Positions 53,122-62,139 of a stretch of 64,000 nucleotides of DNA are shown in pieces. Both the position numbers and the translations under genes were made by a program. Source of the DNA: Longimicrobiales bacterium (GTDB lineage Bacteria; Gemmatimonadota; Gemmatimonadetes; Longimicrobiales; RSA9); the NCBI GenBank assembly GCA_035461765.1, contig DATHUY010000004.1, positions 18,368 to 82,367 of the forward strand, in the 5' to 3' direction. The notes under the pieces were generated by a model. That model saw only the letters and a program-made list of their open reading frames with translations, was not told the DNA's origin and ran no database searches. Position 1 is the stretch's first letter. The number at the start of each line of letters is the position of its first letter.

Positions 53122-55626
53122 ATGGATGTCGCGGCTGACTTGCCGCGATTCGATCCGGTGGTGCACATTACCAGGTCGCCATCGACCGGCTGTCGTCCCG
53201 ATCTCGCCCCCCTGTCGCCCGGACGCAACTTGTTTCGCCTCAAGCTCTTCGGCAGTGCATCCATTGACGGTCCCGACGGCCGTGTGACGGGCCGGGCGGT
53301 GCAGCGGCGGCGTCTCGGGCTGCTCGCGCTGCTCGCCGTGGCGGGTGAGCGGGGCATGACGCGCGACAAGCTCGTCGGCTACCTGTGGCCGGATTCCGAC
53401 GCGGAGCGCGCGCGGCATCTGCTGTCGGACTCGGTCTACCGGATCAACCAGGCGGTGGGCGGCGAGGCGGTGGTGGCGGTGGGCGATGATCTGCGGCTGA
53501 ACCCGGAGCGGCTGCCGAGCGATGCCTGGGAGTTCGCGGAATCCATGGAGCGTGGCGACTGGGAGCGCGCCGTTGAGCTGCACGTCGCGCCATTCCTGGA
53601 CGGGTTCTTCCTGACGGATGCGGACGAGCTGGAGCGGTGGGTGGACGGGCAGCGGGAGCGACTCGCGCGTGAGAGCGCGCGCGCGCTGGAGGCGCTTGCG
53701 GAGCGAGCCGAACGCGACGGTTCGGCGGTCGACGCCGTGCAGTGGTGGCGGATGCTCGCGGCACAGGATCCCTGGAGCTCGCGGATTGCGCTGCGGCTGA
53801 TGCGCGCTCTCGACAGCGCGGGCGAACGTGCGGCCGCGCTCCAGCACGCGCGCGTGCACGCGCAGCTTCTCGAAGACGAGATGGGCCTGACACCCGATGC
53901 CGAGCTGCTCGCGTTCGTTACCGAGCTGCGGACCCGGCCGCCGCCCGCGCTCCCGCCGTTGCCCGCGACCCGCACGTCGGCGGAGGCTCTCGCCGGGAGC
54001 ATGACTGCGCCCGATGCCGCCGGCGCGCCGGGGTCATCGGACGACGCGGAGACCGATGCGCCCTCGAGTCCTGCGCGCGGCGAACCGGCCGTCACACCCG
54101 CACCGCGCCGCGCGCGCTGGATGGTCGCCGCCGCCCTCGTACTGCTGGCCGCGACGATCGTCGCCGCTGCGTTCGTCGTGAGCCGCAGCCGTGAACGCGC
54201 GGATGCGGCGGGTGTGCCGCAGGCGCTTGCCGTGCTGCCGTTTGCAGACCTCAGTGCGGACGGCGCCTACGAGTACTTCGCGGACGGGCTGACGGAGGAG
54301 CTGATGGCGCGCCTGGCCAATGTGGACGGCCTGAACGTGGTCGGTCGCACGTCCGTGTTCGCGTTCAAGGACGAGCCGATCGATGTTCGCGACATCGCTG
54401 CGCGCCTCAATGTCACGGCCGTGTTGCAGGGCAGTGTGCGTCATTCCGGCGACCGGCTGCGCATCGTCGTACAGCTCATCGATGCGCGCAACGGTTACCA
54501 GTTGTGGACCGACTCGTACGAGCGAGAGGTCGCGGACGTGTTTGTGATACAGGACGACATCTCGCGGCAGATCGTCACGCGCCTGCGGGGCGAGCTGAGC
54601 GGTGTCGACGCGGCGCGCCTGACGGAGCGGAGCAGCGCGACCGACGATCCGGAGGCGTTCAATCTCTACCTCAAGGGACGCTACGAATGGCATCAGCGCA
54701 CGGAGTCGAGCCTGCGCGCAGCGGCTGAATTCTTCCAGCAGGCGGTCGATCGTGCGCCCGCGTACGCACTCGCGCATGCCGGCCTCGGCGACGCGTATGC
54801 GGTGCTCGGCTTTTACGACTTCGTGCCGCCGCGCACTGCGTTCCCGTCCGCCGCCGCCGCGGCACGTCGGGCGCTCGAGCTGAATCCGTCGCTCGTCGAA
54901 CCGCATGCGACGCTCGGCTACGTCGCACTCTACTACGACTGGGACTGGCCGCAGGCGGAGAGTGAGTTCCGCCGCGCGATCGAAACGGAGCCCGGCTATT
55001 CCACGGCCCACCAGTGGTACGCTAACTATCTGACGGCGATGGGCCGCTTCGATGAGGCGGCCAGCCGCATGGGGACGGCGATGGAGCTGGACCCGCTCTC
55101 CGTCATCGCGAACGCAGCACTCGGCTGGGTCCATTTCTACGCTGGCGACTACGAGCGCACGATCCGGCAATGCACGCGAGCGCTCGATCTCAACCGTGAT
55201 TTCGCCCTCGCGTACCTGTGGCGCGGCATGGCGCATATGGAGCTCGGCGACACGGCCGCAGCACTCGCCGACCACGAGCAGTCCGTCCGACTGTCCGGCG
55301 GCAGCGCCATCCATGTCGCTGCGCATGCACACGCACTGGCACACACCGGCCGCCCGCAGGCCGCCGCGACTCTGATGGCGGAGCTCGTGGCCCGCACCGG
55401 ATCCGATTATGTGCCGCCGTATGAGATGGCGAAGCTGTACGATGCACTGGGCGATCGCGACGCCGCGCTGGCATCGCTGGAACAGGCATATGACGACCGC
55501 TCCCACTCCATGGCGTTCCTGGCGGTCGATCCGCAGCTGCGTGCGCTGCACGACGAGCCCCGCTTCCGCCGGCTGATCCGGCTGGTAGGCCTCGAGGCTA
55601 CGCCGGGCGGGCAGCGGCTACGCTAG
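53122..55626 (+). CDS. BTAD/SARP-type transcriptional activator domain + TM + TolB-N-like domain + TPR repeats
   Basis: Lies in ORF 52591..55626. FRLKLFGSASIDG..RRRLGLLALLAVAG..MTRDKLVGYLWPD is the wHTH. DAWEF..ERWV..ALRLMRALDSAGERAAAL is the BTAD. LAVLPFADLSADGAYEYFADGLTEEL is TolB-N-like. C-terminal TPRs follow. The start is uncertain (ATG 53122 or an internal TTG near 53230). Confidence 0.8.
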   Translation: MDVAADLPRFDPVVHITRSPSTGCRPDLAPLSPGRNLFRLKLFGSASIDGPDGRVTGRAVQRRRLGLLALLAVAGERGMTRDKLVGYLWPDSDAERARHLLSDSVYRINQAVGGEAVVAVGDDLRLNPERLPSDAWEFAESMERGDWERAVELHVAPFLDGFFLTDADELERWVDGQRERLARESARALEALAERAERDGSAVDAVQWWRMLAAQDPWSSRIALRLMRALDSAGERAAALQHARVHAQLLEDEMGLTPDAELLAFVTELRTRPPPALPPLPATRTSAEALAGSMTAPDAAGAPGSSDDAETDAPSSPARGEPAVTPAPRRARWMVAAALVLLAATIVAAAFVVSRSRERADAAGVPQALAVLPFADLSADGAYEYFADGLTEELMARLANVDGLNVVGRTSVFAFKDEPIDVRDIAARLNVTAVLQGSVRHSGDRLRIVVQLIDARNGYQLWTDSYEREVADVFVIQDDISRQIVTRLRGELSGVDAARLTERSSATDDPEAFNLYLKGRYEWHQRTESSLRAAAEFFQQAVDRAPAYALAHAGLGDAYAVLGFYDFVPPRTAFPSAAAAARRALELNPSLVEPHATLGYVALYYDWDWPQAESEFRRAIETEPGYSTAHQWYANYLTAMGRFDEAASRMGTAMELDPLSVIANAALGWVHFYAGDYERTIRQCTRALDLNRDFALAYLWRGMAHMELGDTAAALADHEQSVRLSGGSAIHVAAHAHALAHTGRPQAAATLMAELVARTGSDYVPPYEMAKLYDALGDRDAALASLEQAYDDRSHSMAFLAVDPQLRALHDEPRFRRLIRLVGLEATPGGQRLR

Positions 55627-55633
55627 GTTTTTA

Positions 55634-55756
55634 ACGATCGGGAGTGGGATCGGGAGCGTGTTCGTGACCGGGATCGGGAACTGCTTCAAGCGCGTCCGCC
55701 GTGGCGCGCGGTCCCGATCCCGCCAACCGAACACGCCCGATCCCGCTCCGAGTCGG
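55634..55756. repeat. Hexamer-modular palindromic element, copy B
   Basis: Left arm 55634-55681 is ACGATC[GGGAGT][GGGATC][GGGAGC][GTGTTC][GTGACC][GGGATC][GGGAAC]. Right arm 55710-55756 is GGTCCCGATCCCGCCAACCGAACACGCCCGATCCCGCTCCGAGTCGG. Begins 8 nt after the upstream stop. Confidence 0.85.
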
Positions 55757-55826
55757 TTCAGAACAGGCAGCCCACTTTCAGTGTATCGAGCCTGTGGACA
55801 ACGGTATCACGGCAGGAGGAAGTAAG

Positions 55827-56234
55827 ATGAAGCAGGTTATTGTCGGGCTGGCAGCTCTGCTGGTAGTAGTCGTGGCGCAGCCGGCGGCTGCTCAGCAGCG
55901 GGAGCCGGTGGAGCCCGCGCGGAGCGTGGAAGAGGTGATCGATTCGAGCGGCATCGTGCAGGCCGTGGAGGCGCTCGCCGTGTCGGCGACGCCCGAGCTG
56001 GAGCGCGCACTGGGTCAGCTCGCGCAGGCGCTCAGCGTCGTAGTCGCCCGCATCGCGGCCGATCCGGAGCTTCGCTCCTCGGCCGTACGCGCTGGTGTCG
56101 GCATGGCCGAAGTCGCCGAGGCCGCGGTCGTCGAGCACTCCAGCACACTTCAGGATGCTCTGCGCGACCTCGCGGATCGCCTCGAGGAGCTTGCCGGCGA
56201 ACGCCGTCCGCCTGCCGGCGTTCCTATTCGATGA
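55827..56234 (+). CDS. secreted Ala/Glu-rich helical protein, unknown function
   Basis: A strong AGGAGGA lies 7 nt upstream of ATG 55827. Signal peptide is MKQVIVGLAALLVVVVAQPAAAQQ. Confidence 0.65.
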   Translation: MKQVIVGLAALLVVVVAQPAAAQQREPVEPARSVEEVIDSSGIVQAVEALAVSATPELERALGQLAQALSVVVARIAADPELRSSAVRAGVGMAEVAEAAVVEHSSTLQDALRDLADRLEELAGERRPPAGVPIR

Positions 56235-56328
56235 GGAAGTTCATCATCATTCCCATGTCTTCATGCTCCAGGTTGTGGCAGTGGAGCATGAACAGCCCGG
56301 AAGTGCGCTGCGACCATACTGGATGAGA
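56224..56328 (-). pseudogene. C-terminal remnant of a multicopper oxidase
   Basis: Own minus-strand translation: ..SHPVWSQRTSGLFMLHCHNLEHEDMGMMMNFLIE*. It contains the type-1/type-3 copper motif HCHxxxHxxxxM at the extreme C-terminus. No upstream MCO body exists; the frame runs into palindromic element C and hits a stop at 56365-56367. Confidence 0.7.
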
Positions 56329-56329
56329 C

Positions 56330-56425
56330 CGAATCGAGGAGCGGGAGCGGGATCGGGACCGCGCCTACACGTGTCCGGATCGGTTCCCGATCCCGAACAC
56401 GCTCCCGGTCCCGCTCCCGAATTCG
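56330..56425. repeat. Hexamer-modular palindromic element, copy C
   Basis: Left arm 56330-56360 is CGAATCGAGGAGC GGGAGC GGGATC GGGACC. Right arm 56377-56425 is GGATCGGTTCCCGATCCCGAACACGCTCCCGGTCCCGCTCCCGAATTCG. Ends 3 nt before the stop of the 56429 gene. Confidence 0.85.
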
Positions 56426-56428
56426 TTC

Positions 56429-56764
56429 CTAGAGCAGCACCGCCAGGATGATCCCGCCGAGCACGATCGCACCGACCAGCCACCAGAAGTTGCGCGGGGC
56501 CGTGACGTCCTGGGCTGCTTCGTCCATGTCGGCTGGCGCGCGCATGGTCGCAGCGTCGATCGCCGTGGCCGTGGGGCTGCGCGGGCTCAGGTCGACGGAT
56601 GGGACGGGCGCTTCCGGTGCGCGGGCCGGTGCTGCCTCAGCCGCCGCCGGAGCCGGCGCGGCGGGCGCGACTTCGGTCGTCACCGGCTCCTGCGGGACGG
56701 GGTCCTGCGCCTGAACGGCGGTGGCGCAGAAGAACAACAGCGCGAATGCAGTAAGTCTTCTCAT
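56429..56764 (-). CDS. secreted Pro/Ala-rich protein with C-terminal TM anchor
   Basis: GAGG lies 5 nt upstream of ATG 56764. Signal is MRRLTAFALLFFCATAVQAQ. C-terminal anchor is FWWLVGAIVLGGIILAVLL. Confidence 0.55.
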   Translation of the reverse strand: MRRLTAFALLFFCATAVQAQDPVPQEPVTTEVAPAAPAPAAAEAAPARAPEAPVPSVDLSPRSPTATAIDAATMRAPADMDEAAQDVTAPRNFWWLVGAIVLGGIILAVLL

Positions 56765-56927
56765 GATGTCCTCGGAGTTGCGTGACAGGCTCGCGACGGT
56801 ACGTCCGCGTGAGTACCCGGGTCACATACGCAAGGATGAGCCCCTTCCGTCGCGCCAGCAGGTATACCCGTGCGCCAATCGTTGTGCTATCCTGCCCTTC
56901 CCGCACAATTCACCAGCGAGGCCAGCC

Positions 56928-59195
56928 ATGATTGCACGCATACGCTCCGTGCTCGCCACGGCGACTATCCTGTCGGGTATCGTCTCGGCCGCGCACGGCC
57001 AGACGCGCCCGATGACGTTTCTCGACATGCAGCACATGCGCACCGGTGGCGCGGAGACGCCGAGTCCTGACGGGCAGTGGCTGCTCTATACCGTGGCCGA
57101 GCCGGACTGGGACGAGGCGGAGCGGCAGATGGACCTGCATATCGTCTCGCTGCGCGAGGGTGTCTCGTCCTCGCGGCAGCTGACATTCACGACGGACAGC
57201 AACGAGGGATCGCCCGCGTGGCTGCCGGATGGCAGCCGGTTCCTGTTCCTGTCGAACCGCGACGCGCCTGCATCGAGCCGGAACCGCATGCAGCTGTATG
57301 TCATGCGTCATGATGGCGGCGAGGCGCGGCGGATCACGGACGCGACGGAGGGTGTGTCGAACTACGAGATCAGCCGGGACGGCCGGTGGCTGGTGTATCG
57401 CAGCGGCAAGTCAGGCGAGGAGCAGCTGTATCGTCTCCCGGTGGCGACGCTCGACAGCGCGGAGCCGGCGCCGGAACAGATCACGAAGCAGGCCGCGGGT
57501 GTGGGCAGCTGGGAGTGGGCGCCGGACAGCCGTCGCATCTACTTCATCACGGCCGACACCGTGGACGAGGCGGAGAAGCTGCGGCGCGAGAAGGACTTCA
57601 CGGTCGACATTTACAACATGGAAACGCCGCTGTCGAGCCTGTGGTCGATCGACCTCGATCCGGTGCGGGTGACGCGGCTCACGCGTGATACGACCCTATC
57701 GGTATCCGGCTTCAATGTCTCGCCCGACAGCCGCTGGGTCGGATTTCGTGGCACATCGGCGGATCGTTACCGGCGCAACATCACGGAGGAGGGCATCAAC
57801 ACCGACCTCTATCTGCTCGAGGTCGCGACCGGCAGCATCGAGCGCCTCACGGAGAACCAGGAGGTCGGCGAGAGCGGACCGGACTTCTCGCCAGACGGGC
57901 GCTGGGTCGCGTTCAGCGCACCGGATGATCTCACACGTTACACGATGTCGAACCGTCGCGTGTACATCCGGCCGGTCGCGGAACGCGGCGGGCAGTTCCG
58001 CAAGCTGGGCTCGTCATTCGATGGCGACGTCGGCATCAGTTTCTGGTCCCCGGACTCGCGCACGATCTACTTCAACACCGGTGTGCGTGCTACGCGACAG
58101 CTCATGGCGCTCGACATCGAGCGGGACCGGGTCCGTCAGGTCACGCAGGAGCGCGCCGCTCTGTCCGTCGATCGCGACGAGCGGACGGGCGTGGTGCTCA
58201 TCACGTACCAGGACCCGAAGACGCCGACGACGCTCTTCACGGTACCGTCGCTCGACCGCGTCGCGAATCGCTCCGCGTGGCGCCAGCTCATCGACGTGAA
58301 CCCGCAGGTGAGCGAGTGGGCGCTGGGCGAGGAGGAAGAGATCACGTGGACGTCGACGGACGGGAAGCCGGTAAGCGGCGTGCTCGTGAAGCCCGTCGGC
58401 TACCGCGAGGGGCAGCGCTACCCGCTGATCGTCGCGATCCATGGCGGTCCCGCGTCGGCCGATGTGCTCGGCTTCAACGGCGGCTACGGCGCGCAGGTCT
58501 ATGCCGGCGCGGGCTACGCGGTGCTCCGGCCGAACTACCGCGGCTCGACCAACTACGGTGAAGCGCACAAGACGGATATCGTCGGCAACTACTTCGAGCC
58601 CGGCTACAACGACATCATGAGCGGCGTCGACCATCTGATCGCCGAAGGCATCGTCGACGGCGACCGCATGGGTGCGCTCGGCTGGAGCGCCGGCGGCCAC
58701 TGGTCGAACTGGATCCTGGTGAATACGGACCGCTTCAAGGCGATCAGCTCCGGTGCCGGCACATCGAACTGGATATCCATGTATGCGCAGAGCGATGTGC
58801 AGCGGAACCGGCAGTTCTACCTCGGCAACGAGCTGCCGTACGACGACTTCGACGCGTACTGGGACCAGTCGCCGCTCAAGTACATCCGGAACGCGAAGAC
58901 ACCGACCATGATCCACGTCGTGAAGGGTGATCCGCGCGTGCCGAGCCCGCAGTCGGTCGAGCTGCACATGGCGCTCAAGAAGATCGGTGTCCCGACCGAG
59001 CTCTACATGTATCCCGGCAACTCGCACGGCATCCCGGACCCGCGCAACCGCCTCGTGAAGTCCGTCAGCGAAAAGGCGTGGATGGATTATTACGTGCTGG
59101 GCACGGGCCGCAAGTTTGTATGGCGCGATGTTCTGGAGACGCTGGAGAAGGCGGAAGCGGCCGAGACGGCGCGGGTCAGTACTGGCGGGAACTGA
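56928..59195 (+). CDS. S9 family serine peptidase (TolB-like propeller + prolyl oligopeptidase domain)
   Basis: Lies in ORF 56721..59195 with ATG at 56928 (MIARIRSVLATATILSGIVSAAHGQ). Propeller repeats SPDGQWLLY, SRDGRWLVY, SPDGRWVAF. Nucleophile is GALGWSAGGHWSNW. The acid/His region is VKGDPRVP..GNSHG. Confidence 0.9.
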   Translation: MIARIRSVLATATILSGIVSAAHGQTRPMTFLDMQHMRTGGAETPSPDGQWLLYTVAEPDWDEAERQMDLHIVSLREGVSSSRQLTFTTDSNEGSPAWLPDGSRFLFLSNRDAPASSRNRMQLYVMRHDGGEARRITDATEGVSNYEISRDGRWLVYRSGKSGEEQLYRLPVATLDSAEPAPEQITKQAAGVGSWEWAPDSRRIYFITADTVDEAEKLRREKDFTVDIYNMETPLSSLWSIDLDPVRVTRLTRDTTLSVSGFNVSPDSRWVGFRGTSADRYRRNITEEGINTDLYLLEVATGSIERLTENQEVGESGPDFSPDGRWVAFSAPDDLTRYTMSNRRVYIRPVAERGGQFRKLGSSFDGDVGISFWSPDSRTIYFNTGVRATRQLMALDIERDRVRQVTQERAALSVDRDERTGVVLITYQDPKTPTTLFTVPSLDRVANRSAWRQLIDVNPQVSEWALGEEEEITWTSTDGKPVSGVLVKPVGYREGQRYPLIVAIHGGPASADVLGFNGGYGAQVYAGAGYAVLRPNYRGSTNYGEAHKTDIVGNYFEPGYNDIMSGVDHLIAEGIVDGDRMGALGWSAGGHWSNWILVNTDRFKAISSGAGTSNWISMYAQSDVQRNRQFYLGNELPYDDFDAYWDQSPLKYIRNAKTPTMIHVVKGDPRVPSPQSVELHMALKKIGVPTELYMYPGNSHGIPDPRNRLVKSVSEKAWMDYYVLGTGRKFVWRDVLETLEKAEAAETARVSTGGN

Positions 59196-59322
59196 ATTCG
59201 GGAGTGGGATCGGGATCGTGTTCGGTTCGCGGGATCGGGACCGTTCTTCCAGCTGGACCCTCGGTCTGGATCCGTTCCCGATCCCGCACACGAACACGAT
59301 CCCGATCCCGCTCCCGATTTCG
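59194..59322. repeat. Hexamer-modular palindromic element, copy D (fills the gap between convergent stop codons)
   Basis: Left arm 59194-59242 is GAATTC[GGGAGT][GGGATC][GGGATC][GTGTTC]GGTTCGC[GGGATC]GGGACC. Right arm 59268-59322 is GGATCCGTTCCCGATCCCGCACACGAACACGATCCCGATCCCGCTCCCGATTTCG. It overlaps the TGA at 59193-95 and ends at the TAA at 59323-25. Confidence 0.9.
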
Positions 59323-59820
59323 TTACTGCACCACCAGCGTCCTCTCCGCTCGCGGCCTCTGCTGCGATCCCGGCGGCGGCTGCAACTCGAACTCGACGCG
59401 TACGACGTAGGTGCCTCGGGGAGCGGGCGCTCCCTCGATATCCCCGGTCTCCTGGGCATACAGCTCCGCCCGCATCGGCCACTCGTACGTCTTTGTCTCA
59501 CCCGGTGCGAAGACATGGGTCGTGATGGCCGCGGTGCAGCCCCACAAGCTGCCCTTGAACGGCACGCGCACCCCGTTGCGGTACACGCCCGGCAGGACGA
59601 GGCAGCCATGCGACGTGACAATCTGCATGGTGGACGTGGTGGTATTCGTCGCCGTGAAGCGGGCCGTGAACGGCGCGTGCTGCATCACCTCATCGTCGTC
59701 GAGAACCAGCGAGACCTCCAGCCCGTCCGGCAGACCGCCCGTGGAGTCGGAAGGCGATAGAATCTCCGTACAGCCCGTGAGCAGCAGAAATCCCAGGAAC
59801 AGAAGACTATTTCGTCGCAT
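59323..59820 (-). CDS. lipoprotein, unknown function
   Basis: Lies in ORF 59323..59901. ATG 59820 gives MRRNSLLFLGFLLLTGC. A beta-rich 165-aa product. Confidence 0.6.
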   Translation of the reverse strand: MRRNSLLFLGFLLLTGCTEILSPSDSTGGLPDGLEVSLVLDDDEVMQHAPFTARFTATNTTTSTMQIVTSHGCLVLPGVYRNGVRVPFKGSLWGCTAAITTHVFAPGETKTYEWPMRAELYAQETGDIEGAPAPRGTYVVRVEFELQPPPGSQQRPRAERTLVVQ

Positions 59821-59885
59821 GATGACCGTCGTTGTAAAGTATGTTTCAAGGATAACGCGCGAGCCCGCGACCTCGTGACCGGTCA

Positions 59886-59968
59886 GTCCCGCGCACCGCA
59901 CACGAACACGATCCCGCTCCCGCTCCCGATTTCGTCAGGCAGGAAGCTGACACTCGGGAATGGGGATC
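59886..59968. repeat. Hexamer-modular element, copy E (solo C-rich arm plus short degenerate partner)
   Basis: 59886-59934 is GTCCCGCGCACCGCACACGAACACGATCCCGCTCCCGCTCCCGATTTCG, nearly identical to the right arms of copies A and D. A short G-rich partner TCGGGAATGGGGATC lies at 59954-59968, next to the amidase stop. Confidence 0.7.
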
Positions 59969-60711
59969 TAACCGTCGGCGTTCCCGGCGTCGTCGGACAG
60001 GAAACGGATGATACCATCCGCGATGCCCCGCGCCGCGCGGTCCGGCTCGGCGACGATGACGCGACGGTCGCGCGCACTGGTGAGGAACCCGGTCTCGATG
60101 ATGACACCGACCGTCATCGGGTGCAGCGCGTGATGATAGCGACGCGAATTGAACGCGTAATAGCCGCGCATGCGGCGAGTGATCGTCGGGTAGAACGGCA
60201 GGGCAGTCGCCTCGCCGTACGCCTCGTTCAGCACCTGCACGAGGTCCTGCGCGCGGCCGGTGCGGTCACGACGCGGCGCAGCCGCGCGGTAGCCGGAGAG
60301 CGACGTGTTCGGATTGCCGTCCGCGTGGATGGCGACGAAGACATCCGCCCAGTAGCCGGGCGGGATGGTGGTGGGCAGGATGTCGACTGCGTAGCCGGCG
60401 TCCTCCAGCCGCTCGGCCGCGCGCGTTGCGATGGCGAGGTTGACCTCCCACTCTGCCTTGCCACCGCCGCGCGTGCCGTTGGTGCGGAGCCGCGCCTGCT
60501 CGTCTGGCGCTTCCGCGGCCTTCCAGTGACCCGCCTGGAGTGCGACGCGGATCGGTCCGTCCGGCCGCTGCCAGTTCGCGTACGGATCCGGGTCGACAGG
60601 TGGCGCAGCCTCTTCGGGCGCGGACATGTCGGAGTCGGCGCCGTCCGGGATGTTGAACGCGACGATCGCGAAGATGAGTGGCAGGCCGAGCAGGATGGCG
60701 GCTGATTTCAT
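59968..60711 (-). CDS. N-acetylmuramoyl-L-alanine amidase (Amidase_3 family)
   Basis: Signal/anchor is MKSAAILLGLPLIFAIVAF. ALQAGH, GKAEWEVNLAIA, VFVAIHADG and VIIETGFLTS are Amidase_3 zinc-ligand contexts. Confidence 0.8.
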   Translation of the reverse strand: MKSAAILLGLPLIFAIVAFNIPDGADSDMSAPEEAAPPVDPDPYANWQRPDGPIRVALQAGHWKAAEAPDEQARLRTNGTRGGGKAEWEVNLAIATRAAERLEDAGYAVDILPTTIPPGYWADVFVAIHADGNPNTSLSGYRAAAPRRDRTGRAQDLVQVLNEAYGEATALPFYPTITRRMRGYYAFNSRRYHHALHPMTVGVIIETGFLTSARDRRVIVAEPDRAARGIADGIIRFLSDDAGNADG

Positions 60712-60902
60712 GACAGGTGCGGTCCGGGGAGTGGGAGCGACCCTATATTAGCTTGAGTACGCCCGGCGGGCGACCCTCGTTCCATGATCGGCCTTAAGCG
60801 ACGGGTGAAAGACCACGGAGCAGGGGCGGTATCCAGGCACGTGACGCCGCAGGGAGAGGGGCCTCCACGGTCCCGACCATGTCTCCATTGCGAGGAGAGA
60901 GG

Positions 60903-61250
60903 ATGTCAGTAGCAGATCAACTCCTGCACCTGGAAGAGCAGTTCTGGACGTCCGATGAGACCTTCTATCGCGATAATCTCACACCCGACGCTCTGATGGT
61001 GTTCGCTGATCCGGTCGGCGCAATGACGAAGCAGGCCATAGTCGAATCGATCAGCGCGGCGCCGCGCTGGCGCAGTGTCGAGTTCCGGGACGTGACGCAT
61101 GTCCCGCTCACATCGGACGTAATCCTGCTGACCTACCAGGCGACGGCAGAGCGGGATGGCGGCGACGCGTCGTATACGGCGCGAGCTTCGAGCGTCTACG
61201 TGCAGCGTGGGAGTCGCTGGCGGCTTGCCTTTCATCAGCAAACACCGTGA
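60903..61250 (+). CDS. DUF4440/SnoaL-like (NTF2 fold) protein
   Basis: Lies in ORF 60879..61250. ATG 60903 follows GAGGAGAGAGG. Contains LLHLEEQFWTSDETFYRDNLTPDALMVF..YTARASSVYVQRGSRWRLAFHQQTP. Confidence 0.7.
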   Translation: MSVADQLLHLEEQFWTSDETFYRDNLTPDALMVFADPVGAMTKQAIVESISAAPRWRSVEFRDVTHVPLTSDVILLTYQATAERDGGDASYTARASSVYVQRGSRWRLAFHQQTP

Positions 61251-61314
61251 CACTCTGCACGAAGGTGCGCTGAATCTCCAGCACGATACAATGTCCCAAA
61301 CATGGGGGTGATCC

Positions 61315-62130
61315 ATGACCGGCGCGACGTTCAGCCACGTGACGTCAGCGGATGGTACCAGGCTGGGCGTGTGGCAAAGTGGCTCCGGGCCCGCCCTGGT
61401 TGCTGTCCATGGCACTACAGCTGACCACACACGCTGGTCGCGGATCGCTCCACTGCTGGAGGCCCAGTTCTCACTCCATACGATGGACCGGCGTGGCAGG
61501 GGGCGCAGCGATGACACGGCCCCGTATTCCATCCAGCGCGAAGCCGAGGACGTTGCCGCTGTGGTCCGGCTCGCTGGAGAGCGTGTCACGCTGCTCGGGC
61601 ACTCGTACGGCGCTCTGTGCTGTCTGGAAGCCGCTTTACAACTCCCCGGACTGTTTCGCATGATCGTATACGAGCCCCCTCTCCCGATCGGAGCCGGCAT
61701 TATCGGGCGGGCCACGCGCACTGAGATCGAACGGTTGCTGAACCAGGACGATCGGGAGGGTGCACTGCTGTGCTTCTTTCGTGACGTGGTCGGTGTCCCG
61801 GATGCCGAACTTGAATCGTTGAAAGATCATCCGGTGTGGCCCGCGCGGGTCGCGGCCGCTCACACAGTACTTCGTGAGGCGGATGCCGAGGAGGCATATG
61901 AGCTCGACCTGAGCCGCTTCGGGGGATTGTCAGTTCCGACTCTGCTGATCCTCGGCGGTGACAGCCCGGACTACTTCCGGGAGGCTGTCGTACGACTGGA
62001 TGCTGTGATACCCGATAGCCGAGTACACGTACTGCCCGGGCAGCAGCACATAGCGATGGACACCGCGCCCGAGGAGTTTGTCGAAGCTGTTGTATCTTTT
62101 GCCAGCACTCGTGATCGTCCACCCGCGTAA
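61315..62130 (+). CDS. alpha/beta hydrolase
   Basis: GPALVAVHGTTADHTRW; nucleophile elbow LLGHSYGALCCL; C-terminal GQQHIAMDTAP histidine region. Confidence 0.82.
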   Translation: MTGATFSHVTSADGTRLGVWQSGSGPALVAVHGTTADHTRWSRIAPLLEAQFSLHTMDRRGRGRSDDTAPYSIQREAEDVAAVVRLAGERVTLLGHSYGALCCLEAALQLPGLFRMIVYEPPLPIGAGIIGRATRTEIERLLNQDDREGALLCFFRDVVGVPDAELESLKDHPVWPARVAAAHTVLREADAEEAYELDLSRFGGLSVPTLLILGGDSPDYFREAVVRLDAVIPDSRVHVLPGQQHIAMDTAPEEFVEAVVSFASTRDRPPA

Positions 62131-62139
62131 AGGCCATCG

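Noticed and set aside
37975-56927. Shared ACCAGCGAGG motif a few nt upstream of the start codons of the tricorn (37990) and S9 (56928) protease genes, as a possible common leader or regulatory motif.
   Set aside because: A 10-nt identity between two sites in 64 kb of GC-biased DNA is expected many times by chance. Only the GAGG part is plausibly functional, as an SD.
22482-59968. Whether the repeated GGGAGC/GGGATC arrays could be a CRISPR array.
   Set aside because: The repeat unit is 6 nt and there are no ~30-nt unique spacers. Copies are dispersed palindromes, and no cas genes are present.
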